DNA of 64,000 bases from Patescibacteria group bacterium (GCA_045541795.1 JAZQJV010000018.1:37857-101856), one strand, 5' to 3'. Shown: positions 53,095 to 63,127, counted from the first letter of the stretch. The notes: generated from the sequence alone by a model not told the origin. A program made the numbers and translations.

Positions 53095-53873
53095 GATTGT
53101 TGCTTATATAAGCCTCGCCAACTTGCCAAACGGATCCGGATAATATCGCGCAACATCCGGACTGAGTCTTTTAGTGGGGCTACTCTCTGCGTTGGGCGGT
53201 GCTGCCATAATACTGGTATTTCCGCCACCGGGATGTGATTTTTGCGAGCCAGAAATAATAATTCCACGTCAAAAGCTCCCGTAAAGGCATCGCGAACATT
53301 GTTGCCGCGCGCATAAATCCGCAATTGAGGAAAAAGTTTGCGCGCAGCACTGGCGGAAAAAAGTTTAAAACCGCACTGCGAATCCTTTATCCCAGGTAGG
53401 ACGATTATCTGCGTGAGCAAATTAAAGCCTACCCCCATTATATGCCGATGCAGAGGTTCTTTTTCTCGCTTTGCTCCTTGTGCCGCCCGTGAGCCGATCA
53501 CGATTTGGTGATCTACTGTAGACGGCAAGAGTTTTTCTATCTCACTAAGCGGTGTGGATTGGTCAAAATCGCTAAAAAGCCGCCACTGACCTTTAGCCGC
53601 CAGCATCCCTGATGCCACAGTAGGGCCTTTGCCAGCGTGTTCCAATGCGAGCACCCGCCAACCTTCGTGGGATTGGCAAAATTCTTCTAGCAGTTTCCGG
53701 CTGCCGTCACTTGAGCCGTCGTCTGCAATAATGACTTCATATTTATAGTCCCGAGTATGCAAATATTTGTCTATTTTCCCCAAAACTCCCTTGGAAATAT
53801 TATTCATCTCATTGTAAGCCGGGAGCACCACTGATAAAAAAACACGCTCATTATTTATTGCTTTATTGGTCAT
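53091..53873 (-). CDS. GT2-family polyprenyl-phosphate sugar synthase-like glycosyltransferase (DPM1-like)
   Basis: LSVVLPAYNEMNNI, IIADDGSSDGS and a DxD-containing GT-A core are present. Confidence 0.7.
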   Translation of the reverse strand: MTNKAINNERVFLSVVLPAYNEMNNISKGVLGKIDKYLHTRDYKYEVIIADDGSSDGSRKLLEEFCQSHEGWRVLALEHAGKGPTVASGMLAAKGQWRLFSDFDQSTPLSEIEKLLPSTVDHQIVIGSRAAQGAKREKEPLHRHIMGVGFNLLTQIIVLPGIKDSQCGFKLFSASAARKLFPQLRIYARGNNVRDAFTGAFDVELLFLARKNHIPVAEIPVLWQHRPTQRVAPLKDSVRMLRDIIRIRLASWRGLYKQQS

Positions 53874-55570
53874 ATGTCCTCTTCTAAGTCTGCCGCCACG
53901 CCAGAGCTTTGCCGGTACAAGCGGTATACGTCACGCTGAGCATCACTAAACATCAGCTCATACGTGGCCTCAGGCAAATTGCGGAAAACTACCAGCTCAT
54001 AGCTCGGATTATCATACAAATTAATATCTCGCATTTCATCGATAACGATGAAATCGTCACCAAGCAAAAATTGATCATGCGGTAAAATTTTATCAGTCAA
54101 GCTCTCAAAAAAATAGCGGTAATGCTCGCCCCACAAATCACCATTACCGTCGATTAAAATAAAATCAAAGTGATGATCAGCCGGCAACATCTGTACAATT
54201 TTTTTGCATGCTTCCCAAGTACTGCGGTAGGGTAGACCGTTGGGTAGTAAATAATCGCTTGGGCGATTGGCAAACGCGAAAATGATCAAAAATACAGCGA
54301 TCATGACGGCATTGGTGCGCCAGCTAAAAGCCGTCAGCAGACATCCATAAACCAAAAAAAGTACCGGCAAAAAATACAGCACATAATGATCAAAGACCGA
54401 ATGCCGGTAAAAAGCGAGCGCCACAATTGTAAACACGCACGTCACCAAAAGAATCCACAAACCCGTGATCCGTTCATTTTGATCAGTGTGAAATAATGTC
54501 CGTAATTTTGTCCATAATCTCGAGGCATGTGTCTGCTGACGGTAATTTGTGATCGTCTCTCGACCAACTAGAGCTATAAAAGCCAACAGCACCATCAGAC
54601 CATAGCTGACGCGCATCCAGTATACGCCGCTGCCTAAAAAAGCTAAATCTGCCTCAATCTTGGGGAAAGATAAAGTAGTAAAAATGTGAGCAATACGGCC
54701 AAAAATTCCCAGTGCACCGGTAAAAACACTAATGAATATATTCGTATCGGCAAAACTCGATTCCGCAGTAAATATTCCTCCTAATGCTTTGAAGTTTAGC
54801 CAACCATGTTTCCAGTCAAAAAGGAAAAGCGGTACACATGTGAGCACAAAAATCATCACCGCTTGCATCGAAACTAACCAAAACTTTTTTTGTTCAGCTT
54901 TTTGTTTTTGCTTGGTAATTTGAACCGCTTGTAGCAGCCAAAAAAACCCTGCTACCGCTACCAATATGAGATTGACGTAATGTAGCTGGATCAAAATCCC
55001 GGCCAAAAGTGCCACTAAACGCCAACTGCGTGCCGTCTTCACGAGCGAGGCGTGGATGAAGTATAATGTCAGCACTGAAAAAAACAATGATAAATTTGGA
55101 TTCCAACTAAAACGTGAATAAGTGGCTGCCACCGCTGAAATTGCCGTCAGGACGCAGGCGATCAAAGCGGCTTTTTTGCCCACAAGACGCTGTCCCAAAA
55201 AATAGACCAAGCCGATCGCGATGGTATTGACTAGGGCCACCGCAATTACCGGACCCAAAGGACTAGGATAAGAAAGCCACAACCAGGGCAACATAAAATA
55301 ATAATAAAACGGCCCTAAATACATATTACCGACACTGGTGACGGGTCCTATAAACACAGGATCTAATTTGCGCCAGATCGCTGAGACAATCATCGCGTCA
55401 CGCCCTTGATCACCCATAAACATCATTGTTTCCGGCAAGAGAAAAAGTCGCAACCAGCCACCCATCACGCAGGCAAGAATAACGATCGCAGCCCGCCAAG
55501 GTTCTGCCAGACACCAATGCCGCACACTGTGTGCTATGTTTCGCCAGTATGTACGCAGCATCTGGATCAT
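53870..55570 (-). CDS. GT-C membrane glycosyltransferase (PMT/ArnT-like, GT39/GT83-type)
   Basis: Twelve or more TM helices with an N-terminal motif region (ETMMFMGDQGRD) typical of PMT/ArnT-family lipid-linked sugar transferases. Confidence 0.55.
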   Translation of the reverse strand: MIQMLRTYWRNIAHSVRHWCLAEPWRAAIVILACVMGGWLRLFLLPETMMFMGDQGRDAMIVSAIWRKLDPVFIGPVTSVGNMYLGPFYYYFMLPWLWLSYPSPLGPVIAVALVNTIAIGLVYFLGQRLVGKKAALIACVLTAISAVAATYSRFSWNPNLSLFFSVLTLYFIHASLVKTARSWRLVALLAGILIQLHYVNLILVAVAGFFWLLQAVQITKQKQKAEQKKFWLVSMQAVMIFVLTCVPLFLFDWKHGWLNFKALGGIFTAESSFADTNIFISVFTGALGIFGRIAHIFTTLSFPKIEADLAFLGSGVYWMRVSYGLMVLLAFIALVGRETITNYRQQTHASRLWTKLRTLFHTDQNERITGLWILLVTCVFTIVALAFYRHSVFDHYVLYFLPVLFLVYGCLLTAFSWRTNAVMIAVFLIIFAFANRPSDYLLPNGLPYRSTWEACKKIVQMLPADHHFDFILIDGNGDLWGEHYRYFFESLTDKILPHDQFLLGDDFIVIDEMRDINLYDNPSYELVVFRNLPEATYELMFSDAQRDVYRLYRQSSGVAADLEEDI

Positions 55571-55572
55571 GA

Positions 55573-56817
55573 CTACGTTTCCTTTCTTTCCTTCCAGATG
55601 ACGTGATTGTAAATGAAATAGTTAATAAACATCCCAAAGAAAATTCCCACCACTTGGTAAATATTTTCTCGGTTGACGGTAATGACAAATGTAAAAAGCT
55701 CTCCGAGACCAAAAAGCGTCTTACCAGCCCACATACAAAGCGCTTGTACGCCAATACCCCAGATACCGTTGATATTAAACTTGATAAATTGGGGGATAAT
55801 TTCGCGCGGTGGGATTTTACGCTCCTTAAACGTCCAGATATTATTAATCGCGAAAGTGACCATGCCGCCAAACTCTATTGACAGGAAGTTGGCTACTTGG
55901 TAAGCCCAAGGATAAGTTAAGTCGTCGGCCAGCGGCGTAAACAGGCGCAACAGCAAAAAACTGATCAACTGTGTCATCGCTCCTGAGCCACCGGCGACCA
56001 CAAATTTAAAAACTCTGTGATTGACAATCTCATCAAAGCGAGCCTTAAAAATGTACAACAAAGTATTTTTGATATATTCGCTGCCGAGTTTTGATTGACC
56101 AATTTTACGATCTACAAAATGAATCGGCACTTCACAAATCCGGAAATTTTTGCGTACTGCTTTATGTAAAAATCCGATCTGCCAAGTATAACCAGAAAAC
56201 CGTTCACCTTTCATTTCTGGCACTACCGCTTCGTAGACCCGCTTGCTGATCGCCCGGTAGCCGCTCGTCCAGTCGCGGATACGGAAATCAGTGAGTACAC
56301 ACATGATCACGATGTTGCCCACCACCGAGTAAAACTTGCGGATCAAAGGCCAAGCTGGATCAATGCTACCGCCATCTTTATAACGGCCACCAATTACAAA
56401 ATCATACCCTTCATCTAATTTGGCCAAAAATGCCGGTATCCGTGCGGGGTCATGTGAGCCATCAGCGTCAAACTCAAAAATGTAATCAGCATCCAATTTG
56501 CCAAAAGCCTCTCGCATTCCCTTAAGGTAAGCTCCGCCCAAACCAGATTTGTTGGGATTGACCAGCAAATGCAAGCGCGGCCATTTCTTTTTCATCTGCC
56601 GTACTACTTCGTAAGTTTTATCTGGCGAAGTATCATCTACTACTAATACGTGCACATCATAGCTACTGACATTTTCACTGGCGGCAAAAATCTGCGGGAC
56701 AATATTTTGGATGTTTTCCCTTTCATTATAAGTAGGAATGATCACCACTACTTTTTTCCGGTTGTCTGCCTGGCGACTCTGTTTTGTGTTCTTAGATCTT
56801 GCCTTCTTTTTTGCCAT
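55573..56817 (-). CDS. GT2 polyprenyl-phosphate sugar synthase (DPM1-like) fused to a C-terminal GtrA-like four-TM domain
   Basis: VVVIIPTYNERENI and VVDDTSPDKT are followed by the GT-A core. The C-terminus FKFVVAGGSGAMTQLISFLLL.. through to the end forms a GtrA-like membrane domain. Confidence 0.7.
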   Translation of the reverse strand: MAKKKARSKNTKQSRQADNRKKVVVIIPTYNERENIQNIVPQIFAASENVSSYDVHVLVVDDTSPDKTYEVVRQMKKKWPRLHLLVNPNKSGLGGAYLKGMREAFGKLDADYIFEFDADGSHDPARIPAFLAKLDEGYDFVIGGRYKDGGSIDPAWPLIRKFYSVVGNIVIMCVLTDFRIRDWTSGYRAISKRVYEAVVPEMKGERFSGYTWQIGFLHKAVRKNFRICEVPIHFVDRKIGQSKLGSEYIKNTLLYIFKARFDEIVNHRVFKFVVAGGSGAMTQLISFLLLRLFTPLADDLTYPWAYQVANFLSIEFGGMVTFAINNIWTFKERKIPPREIIPQFIKFNINGIWGIGVQALCMWAGKTLFGLGELFTFVITVNRENIYQVVGIFFGMFINYFIYNHVIWKERKET

Positions 56818-56828
56818 CTTATCCTATC

Positions 56829-57821
56829 TTAAAAATCACACATCTTAGCTTTCCCCTCCAAAATCGCCAGCTCACTGTCTACCATGATCTTCACAAGCTC
56901 ACTAAAAGTCACGCTTGGTGTCCAGCCCAATTGCTTTTTGGCTTTCGTCGGATCACCAATGAGTAAGTCTACCTCGGCCGGCCGGTCAAATTCTGGATTA
57001 TGACGGAAACATCTTTCCCAATCATCAATTCCTACGTGATGAAAAGCCAACTGTAAAAACTCCCGCACGGTGTGCGTTTCACCGGTGGCGATCACATAAT
57101 CATCCGGTTTGTCTTGCTGTAGCATCAACCACATTGCTTGTACATAATCTTTAGAATAACCCCAGTCGCGTTTTGCTTCGAGGTTGCCGAGCTCCACAAA
57201 GTCACGCCGTCCGAGTTTTACTTCCGCCACTTGATGAGCGATTTTGCGCGTGACAAATTCCAAGCCCCGGCGTGGTGACTCGTGATTAAAAAGTATCCCC
57301 GAACAAGCAAACATGTTATAAGACTCGCGGTAATTAACTGTGATAAAGTGACCAAAAGCCTTAGCAACGCCATAAGGAGAACGAGGATAAAACGGCGTCA
57401 ACTCCGTCTGCGGGATTTCGCGGACTTTACCAAACATTTCTGACGACGAAGCTTGGTAAAAATGAGCATCCGGCTTGAAAAGGCGCACAGCGTCTAAAAT
57501 CTTAGAAACAGATACGGCCGTGTACTCGCAACTAGCGATCGGCTCATCCCAGCTAGCATGGACAAAAGAATGAGAAGCCAAATTATATACTTCATCTGGT
57601 TGAATATCGCGTACTGCCGTCATCAGGGACACCGTATCCGTGATGTCACCAGGCACGAGGTGAAAATTTGGTTTATCGAGGATTTTTTCAATTCTTTCGG
57701 TGGTGGGTGTACTGGTACGTCTGATCAAACCAAAAACGTCATAGCCCTTTTCCAGCAAAAATTCCGCTAAATAAGAACCGTCCTGACCGGTTACACCAGT
57801 AATAAGTGCTTTTTTTGTCAT
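56829..57821 (-). CDS. gmd: GDP-mannose 4,6-dehydratase
   Basis: KKALITGVTGQDGSYLAEFLLEKGYDVFGLIRRTSTPTTERI is near-identical to the Gmd N-terminus. YGVAKAFGHFITVNYRESYNMFACSGILFNHESPRRG contains the YxxxK active-site motif. Confidence 0.9.
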   Translation of the reverse strand: MTKKALITGVTGQDGSYLAEFLLEKGYDVFGLIRRTSTPTTERIEKILDKPNFHLVPGDITDTVSLMTAVRDIQPDEVYNLASHSFVHASWDEPIASCEYTAVSVSKILDAVRLFKPDAHFYQASSSEMFGKVREIPQTELTPFYPRSPYGVAKAFGHFITVNYRESYNMFACSGILFNHESPRRGLEFVTRKIAHQVAEVKLGRRDFVELGNLEAKRDWGYSKDYVQAMWLMLQQDKPDDYVIATGETHTVREFLQLAFHHVGIDDWERCFRHNPEFDRPAEVDLLIGDPTKAKKQLGWTPSVTFSELVKIMVDSELAILEGKAKMCDF

Positions 57822-57823
57822 AT

Positions 57824-58783
57824 TTACCCTTCTTTATTTGCGCCAGCCTGCCTGTCACGCCAAAATTGTAAAATATCTTTCAAGGTTTCATCAAGTGTAA
57901 TTTGCGGTGTCCAGCCAAGGGTGCGCAATTTTCCCGCATCGCAGATCACTTGTGGATAATCCACCGGTCGGAATTTTTCCTTATCGCTCACGACTTCTAT
58001 CGGTACGCTGGCTAACTTAATGAGCTTATCCAATACCGTCTGGATTTTAATACCCTTGCCCGTGCCGGCGTTGTATATTTCTCCGCTCGCGCCCTCCCTC
58101 ATGAGCAGATGATAAGCGCGCACCATGTCGCGGACATCTGTAAAATCTCGCTCGGCCGACAAATTACCTACTTTCATGATTCGCTGACTGGGGTCGCATT
58201 CGGCTTTGGCTACACTAGAGGCAAAATCAGCCACTACAAATCCCGTCCGCTGACCAGGACCAATGTGATTAAACGGCCGTACGATCACAATTTGCAAATC
58301 AAAACTTGCCGCGTAAGCTTGAGCAAGCATATCTTGAGTGGCTTTGGAGACGGCATACGGATTAAGCGGCCGCACCAAGCGTTTTTCATCAATTGGTGAT
58401 GGATCGTCATGATCGTACAAATCGGCGCTACTTACGAGCAAGATCCGCGACTTTGGCGCATACATCCGTACGGCTTCCAGCAAATTGAGCGTAATCATAA
58501 AATTATTCCGCAACACGAGTCCGGGGTCGCGAAAACCTATTACGACGTGGGCGATAGAGGCCAAGTGGTAAATTTCATCGGGCGTATATTTTTTGATTAG
58601 ACGAGCCGTATCGTCTTCATCCGTCAGATCCAATGCCTCAAAAATCACTTTCTTATCAGCATTATTGACGACTTCCTGCTGCGTCGTCACGATTAGCTCC
58701 GCTTCCGGCTCGTGCTCGCGCAAAAACTCAGTCAGATAACATCCGACGAAACCAGTCCCACCAGTAATTAATATCCGCTTCAT
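57824..58783 (-). CDS. NAD-dependent epimerase/dehydratase (SDR), likely a GDP-4-keto-6-deoxymannose reductase (Rmd-like) partner of Gmd
   Basis: The ILITGGTGFVG Rossmann motif and the YAVSKATQD YxxxK motif are present. Assignment of the exact product is an inference from adjacency to gmd. Confidence 0.55.
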   Translation of the reverse strand: MKRILITGGTGFVGCYLTEFLREHEPEAELIVTTQQEVVNNADKKVIFEALDLTDEDDTARLIKKYTPDEIYHLASIAHVVIGFRDPGLVLRNNFMITLNLLEAVRMYAPKSRILLVSSADLYDHDDPSPIDEKRLVRPLNPYAVSKATQDMLAQAYAASFDLQIVIVRPFNHIGPGQRTGFVVADFASSVAKAECDPSQRIMKVGNLSAERDFTDVRDMVRAYHLLMREGASGEIYNAGTGKGIKIQTVLDKLIKLASVPIEVVSDKEKFRPVDYPQVICDAGKLRTLGWTPQITLDETLKDILQFWRDRQAGANKEG

Positions 58784-58784
58784 A

Positions 58785-60089
58785 TCAAACTGTTTTATTT
58801 TGTCTGCCGATGCCTAGATAGGTATAACCAGCTTTCGTGATTGCTTCTTGATCAAACTGATTGCGCGCATCCAAGAATACTACCTGTTTGTCTGCCGTAT
58901 TCTTAAATTTGTAATCAGTAATCTCTGGCCACTCTATCAAAGCGATGACCACGTCCGCATCCGTGATAGCTGCCTTGATCGAACGTACTTGTTCGTAATT
59001 TTTATCCTCGCTGATCTTATCACTGGCGATTTTTTTCACCATCGGGTCATATGCCGCCACACTCGCGCCTTTTTCCAGTAATAATGGGATCAAAAATAAT
59101 GCCGGCGCTTCGCGCTGATCATCGGTGTTTGGTTTGAAAGCTAGTCCGAGTACTGCTACCTTCTTGCCCTTGAGTTTACCGGTGACGTTTTCTAGGTTTT
59201 CTACCACGTCAGCTGGGCGCTTGACGTTCAGCTTATTGATAAACCGGAACAAATTCCGCTCAGGTGATTCGTACTCATCCACAAATGCAGCCAGGGCTTT
59301 CACGTCCTTGGGGAAACAGGAACCGCCATAGCCAAGACCAGGATACCAGTAGTGACTGCCGATCCGTTTCTCATGACCCATAATTTCTAAGACCTCATCA
59401 ATATCGGCCCCAGATTGTTCACAGACATCAGCCAACACGTTAGCGTACACAATCCGCAAGGCCAAATAATCATTGCTGGCATACTTCGCCAGTTGTGCTG
59501 ACGCCGGGCGCACGCGTACCATAGGTGCTTTGAAAGGTTCGTGTAATTTAGACAACTTCTCCCAGGAAAAATCATCTTCCACGCCGATGGCGATTCGATC
59601 TGGGTATAAAGTGTCGTCTACCGCTGTCCCTTCCTTGAGGAATTCTGGCAAACTGGCGTAATGAATCTTCTTGGCCGTCAATTTCTTGACAATCGGCTTG
59701 ACTTGCTCCAGCGTCCCCGGCAGTACTGTGGATTTAATCACCAAAATTGCATCCTCCTTGAGATATGGTGCTGCCTCCTTTGCACTTGCCTTCACATAGT
59801 CTAGATTAATGGATCCATCCGGACGCGAAGGTGTGCCGACAGCGATCAAGACGACATCGGCATCACTTATAGCTTCTTCATAAGAAGTAGTAAAGTGCAA
59901 TTTCTTCTTTTCCAGACCACTTTTGAGCAGCTCTTCCAGTTTTGGCTCAAAAAAAGGCACTTTACCTTTATTAAGGCTGGCCACCTTGGACTCATCTACA
60001 TCTAAGCCGATCACATTATTGCGAAACTTAGCATAGACAGCCGAAGTCGTTACACCTACAAACCCTGTACCTATAACCGTAATATTCAT
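58785..60089 (-). CDS. Nucleotide-sugar 6-dehydrogenase (UDP-glucose/GDP-mannose dehydrogenase family)
   Basis: MNITVIGTGFVGVTTSAVYA, the GGSCFPKD catalytic-Cys motif and the central/C-terminal UDPG_MGDP_dh domains are present. Confidence 0.8.
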   Translation of the reverse strand: MNITVIGTGFVGVTTSAVYAKFRNNVIGLDVDESKVASLNKGKVPFFEPKLEELLKSGLEKKKLHFTTSYEEAISDADVVLIAVGTPSRPDGSINLDYVKASAKEAAPYLKEDAILVIKSTVLPGTLEQVKPIVKKLTAKKIHYASLPEFLKEGTAVDDTLYPDRIAIGVEDDFSWEKLSKLHEPFKAPMVRVRPASAQLAKYASNDYLALRIVYANVLADVCEQSGADIDEVLEIMGHEKRIGSHYWYPGLGYGGSCFPKDVKALAAFVDEYESPERNLFRFINKLNVKRPADVVENLENVTGKLKGKKVAVLGLAFKPNTDDQREAPALFLIPLLLEKGASVAAYDPMVKKIASDKISEDKNYEQVRSIKAAITDADVVIALIEWPEITDYKFKNTADKQVVFLDARNQFDQEAITKAGYTYLGIGRQNKTV

Positions 60090-60201
60090 TTTTTCTTTCT
60101 ATTTTCACTACGATAGTCGTATTGTACCACGGATTTGCCGTTTTTGGATAGCAAACTGAAATCATTTTCTCAACTTTTTGTGCTATAATAACAGACACCT
60201 T

Positions 60202-60285
60202 GGAAGTGTCGCCTAGCGGCTATGGCAGCGGTTTCGAAAACCGCCGGGAGCAATCCCTCGCAGGTTCGAGTCCTGTCACTTCCGC
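60202..60285 (+). tRNA. tRNA-Ser (anticodon CGA), type II with a long variable arm. CCA is not encoded.
   Basis: The acceptor GGAAGTG pairs with CACTTCC. The anticodon stem is GCGGT/ACCGC with the loop TTCGAAA. The variable arm is GGGAGCAATCCCTC, and the T-loop is GGTTCGAGTCC. It is preceded by tgtgcTATAAT. Confidence 0.8.
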
Positions 60286-60317
60286 CCAAAATCACGAGCA
60301 AAAGGATACTATTATAT

Positions 60318-60905
60318 ATGGATCAAAACAGATCAAACAAACAGGATATTTTGGCGGCTTTACGCTCATATGTGCCAGCCGACGAGCGTGAGCGCTCAAG
60401 TCTCCAGCAGACCATCACCTGGCTTGGTCACAATTCCATCCTTACTTATCCGGCCAATAAGTCTGGCCATCTCACGGCCGACTGCTGGCTTTTAAGCCCG
60501 GATTGCTCGCATGTTTTGCTTACCCTTCATCACAAATTTCATCGCTGGGTACAGCTGGGCGGTCACATGGACGCGGGCGAGACACTTATCCAAACGGCTT
60601 TGCGCGAAACTCATGAAGAAAGCGGCATTGCGGATGTTACTCTGCTAAGCAGTGATATTTTTGACCTCGACGTCCACCGTGTGGACGCGTACCCTGGCGA
60701 GCCTCACTATCATTATGATGTCCGGTTTCTCGCTCGTGCCGGCAGCTGGGATTATCAGATTTCACCAGAATCAGACGAGTTGCGTTGGTTTACGCCCGAG
60801 GATGTGGATGCACTTGCAGCTGGCGATCTCAATCAAATCAATGCGACTCTGACACGGATGACGGCTAAATGGAGAAAGTTTTTGAGTATTTATTGTGTAC
60901 AATAA
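60318..60905 (+). CDS. NUDIX hydrolase
   Basis: The Nudix box GGHMDAGETLIQTALRETHEESGI is present. The start is trimmed to the Met after the tRNA (the ORF-track call 60222 overlaps the tRNA). Confidence 0.75.
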   Translation: MDQNRSNKQDILAALRSYVPADERERSSLQQTITWLGHNSILTYPANKSGHLTADCWLLSPDCSHVLLTLHHKFHRWVQLGGHMDAGETLIQTALRETHEESGIADVTLLSSDIFDLDVHRVDAYPGEPHYHYDVRFLARAGSWDYQISPESDELRWFTPEDVDALAAGDLNQINATLTRMTAKWRKFLSIYCVQ

Positions 60906-60981
60906 ATCGAAAAAATACCTATACACAGGTAAAATTACAAGTCAATAAAAACGTTAGCAGAGTAGGAGTGAGACTGCTAAT
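60883..60981 (+). repeat. Copy of the modular intergenic repeat (palindrome module B overlapping the NUDIX stop codon, plus hairpin module C acting as a minus-strand terminator for 60982..62226)
   Basis: ttgagtatttattgtgtacaataaat .. aaaaacgttagcag-N13-ctgctaa has the same architecture and stem as 3853-3950. Confidence 0.7.
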
Positions 60982-62226
60982 TTAATTTACAAACAACCGC
61001 ATGCTGTCAATCATCCCGGTGGAATAGCGTGAGGTAAAATCCAAATCAGCGCCGTACCACGGATCATGCATTTTATAATTGCCGCCGCTTCCCTCGTAAA
61101 GGACGATAAAGTGTCCGCCGTAACCATTATTGGTGCGCACGTGGACAATCACCGGCCGTCCCGCTGCCAGTTCACGGTCTAGCGTCTCGCGGTTAAAATA
61201 ATCTTGCCTCTTGTAAGTGTAACCGCTCGGGGATGGGGGAGTGGTCATCAAGGCCGTATTGGAAAAGAAATAATTACGGTTGCTAGCGATGATACTGGGG
61301 CTGGTATTGGTCCCGTATTTTTTGAAAATCATCGCCACCGAAGAAATATAACAGCCTACGTCACCCACTGTCATATCGGAGCCGCCGATCAGCTGATTAC
61401 ACCATCGCGGATCGCGCTGGGAAAAATAAAATCCATTGCTGCCTTCGCCCGGCATTGAGGATAGACACCGCCCACCGCCGGCGCTTTGCGCAAACCGGCG
61501 AAATGATTCCGCTTCCTTGGCCGCTTCTTGTTTGAGCTGCTGGTAACGTTTTTCGTCATTTTTGGTTTGTGCCAAAAGAATTGCTTTCTCCTCTTTTTGC
61601 GATTCCAGTGCTTTTTGCTGGTTTTTGAGTTGTACCGTTTTGGCCTCCAGCTCTTCTTGTAATTTTTCTCGGTCTTGTTTTTGTTGGTCAAAATCAATTT
61701 TTTCTTGCATCGAGCGGAAAAGCACTTTGCTGGTCTGCAAACTTACTAGTTCTTCGCGTTCACGTGCGCTTACCGCTGAGCGGAAATTGGCATTGGCCAA
61801 AAACATTTCCAAAGTCGAAACGTGCTGAGATTTGTAAGACGTCACTACCAGCTGTGAAAGTAGTGCCGCCATCCTCTCCATAGAGGCAGCTAAGTTTTCA
61901 ATGCGCGCCGATAAAATTTCTGCTTCTTTGCCCGCCTTCACAATTTCGAGGCGAGTTTTTTCAATTTGTGTTTCTTGATAAGCAATCCGGTTGTTGATGT
62001 ATGAAAGCTCACCCGAAAGCGTGTTTTGCTGCGATTTACTTTCATCTATTTTTCGCTGATAACAAGCCATTTTTTCGTCTACACATACTGCGCGTTCGTC
62101 GTCGTTTTCGATCGCCGCACAGTTGTAATTATCCTGACATTCATCCGCTCTCACCACGCCAGCGCCGCCAAAGCCACTAACTAGTAGCGTGACGATCGCT
62201 AGTAGTAAGGACAATTTTTTTGGCAT
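60982..62226 (-). CDS. Secreted coiled-coil protein with a C-terminal papain-like (C39/CHAP-type) cysteine peptidase domain, a PcsB-like putative FtsEX-regulated peptidoglycan hydrolase
   Basis: A signal peptide is followed by a ~230-aa heptad-rich region. The C-terminal domain has a candidate catalytic Cys (VGDVGCYISS) and His (NGYGGHFIVLYEG). It lies immediately downstream of ftsE-ftsX. Confidence 0.6.
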   Translation of the reverse strand: MPKKLSLLLAIVTLLVSGFGGAGVVRADECQDNYNCAAIENDDERAVCVDEKMACYQRKIDESKSQQNTLSGELSYINNRIAYQETQIEKTRLEIVKAGKEAEILSARIENLAASMERMAALLSQLVVTSYKSQHVSTLEMFLANANFRSAVSAREREELVSLQTSKVLFRSMQEKIDFDQQKQDREKLQEELEAKTVQLKNQQKALESQKEEKAILLAQTKNDEKRYQQLKQEAAKEAESFRRFAQSAGGGRCLSSMPGEGSNGFYFSQRDPRWCNQLIGGSDMTVGDVGCYISSVAMIFKKYGTNTSPSIIASNRNYFFSNTALMTTPPSPSGYTYKRQDYFNRETLDRELAAGRPVIVHVRTNNGYGGHFIVLYEGSGGNYKMHDPWYGADLDFTSRYSTGMIDSMRLFVN

Positions 62227-62227
62227 T

Positions 62228-63127
62228 TTATTTTTTGATTAATCTACCTGTAGACAACCAAGCGGCAATACAAGCCAATTGCGCGGCCACAAATTGTCCC
62301 ACAAACGCTTGCCAAAAGAAGAATTGTGGCGGGAAAGGCAGGACATGAATATCGCCAAAAAACTCAATCAGTTGCGGGGAAATGTAAGACAAAGCAGCAT
62401 AAGAAAGACCAAAAGCGATCAAACTCCCGACCGTCCCCAACCAAAAAGCTTCGCGGATGAAAGTTCCTTTGATTGCTCCTCGGCTCGCACCTAAAATACT
62501 CATGATGTTGAGTGTGCGCCGGCGTGCGGCCACCTTCATCCCGGTGATCACAGCAATGACCAACATAAACTGTACCGTGAAGACGGCACAAATCACGACG
62601 CTGACATTACGCAGGGCACTCGTCCAACTTAAAAATTGATCAACGACATCTTGGTGATAATCTATTTCATCAATGCCGTCAAGTTTGGTGAGTTCATCGC
62701 GTACTTTTTCTAATCCTTCGGGAGAATTGGCTTTAATGCTCATACTGGCGGGGAAAAGATCAGCGCTTAAAAGACCCAGTAGTAATGGTTCATCGGCATT
62801 TTCTGCTTGGTAATTTGCGAAGGCATCTGTTTTGCCCACGACCGTCACCTCGTCTACGTAGTCAAGTTTTTCGACGAGCTTGGCGGCTTGCGTGGCAGCC
62901 TCATCACTCACGCTCACGTCGAAAAACACTAAGACTTCTGGTTGTGTCTCAAAGTGATGGAGGATTAAATTACCCATGTATAAAAAATCAGTCAGCACGT
63001 ACACCAAAAAGAAAGTGGTGATCACCGCAAAAAGCGCCGTCAAACTCTGATTGGGCGTGCGTCTCAGGTTTGTCCAACTCGAAAAAATATTATTCATGTT
63101 GACCTTCCTGATCAGGTGTAACGTCAT
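62228..63127 (-). CDS. ftsX: Cell-division permease-like protein FtsX
   Basis: A basic N-terminus is followed by TM1, a large extracellular loop and three C-terminal TMs, matching the FtsX topology. It is operonic with ftsE. Confidence 0.8.
   Translation of the reverse strand: MTLHLIRKVNMNNIFSSWTNLRRTPNQSLTALFAVITTFFLVYVLTDFLYMGNLILHHFETQPEVLVFFDVSVSDEAATQAAKLVEKLDYVDEVTVVGKTDAFANYQAENADEPLLLGLLSADLFPASMSIKANSPEGLEKVRDELTKLDGIDEIDYHQDVVDQFLSWTSALRNVSVVICAVFTVQFMLVIAVITGMKVAARRRTLNIMSILGASRGAIKGTFIREAFWLGTVGSLIAFGLSYAALSYISPQLIEFFGDIHVLPFPPQFFFWQAFVGQFVAAQLACIAAWLSTGRLIKK

Noticed and set aside
57824-58783. Naming the SDR gene fcl (GDP-fucose synthase)
   Set aside because: The N-terminal motif ILITGGTGFVG and the protein's length fit generic NAD-dependent epimerase/dehydratases or Rmd better than the Fcl signature. 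The product is left unassigned.
60222-60317. N-terminal extension of the NUDIX ORF (start at 60222)
   Set aside because: It overlaps the tRNA-Ser gene at 60202-60285 on the same strand. The translation there is the tRNA read in-frame. The start is moved to Met 60318.
3853-60981. Possibility that the dispersed repeats constitute a CRISPR array
   Set aside because: The copies are tens of kb apart, in both orientations, with no regular repeat-spacer periodicity and no cas genes. They form an intergenic repeat family, not CRISPR.
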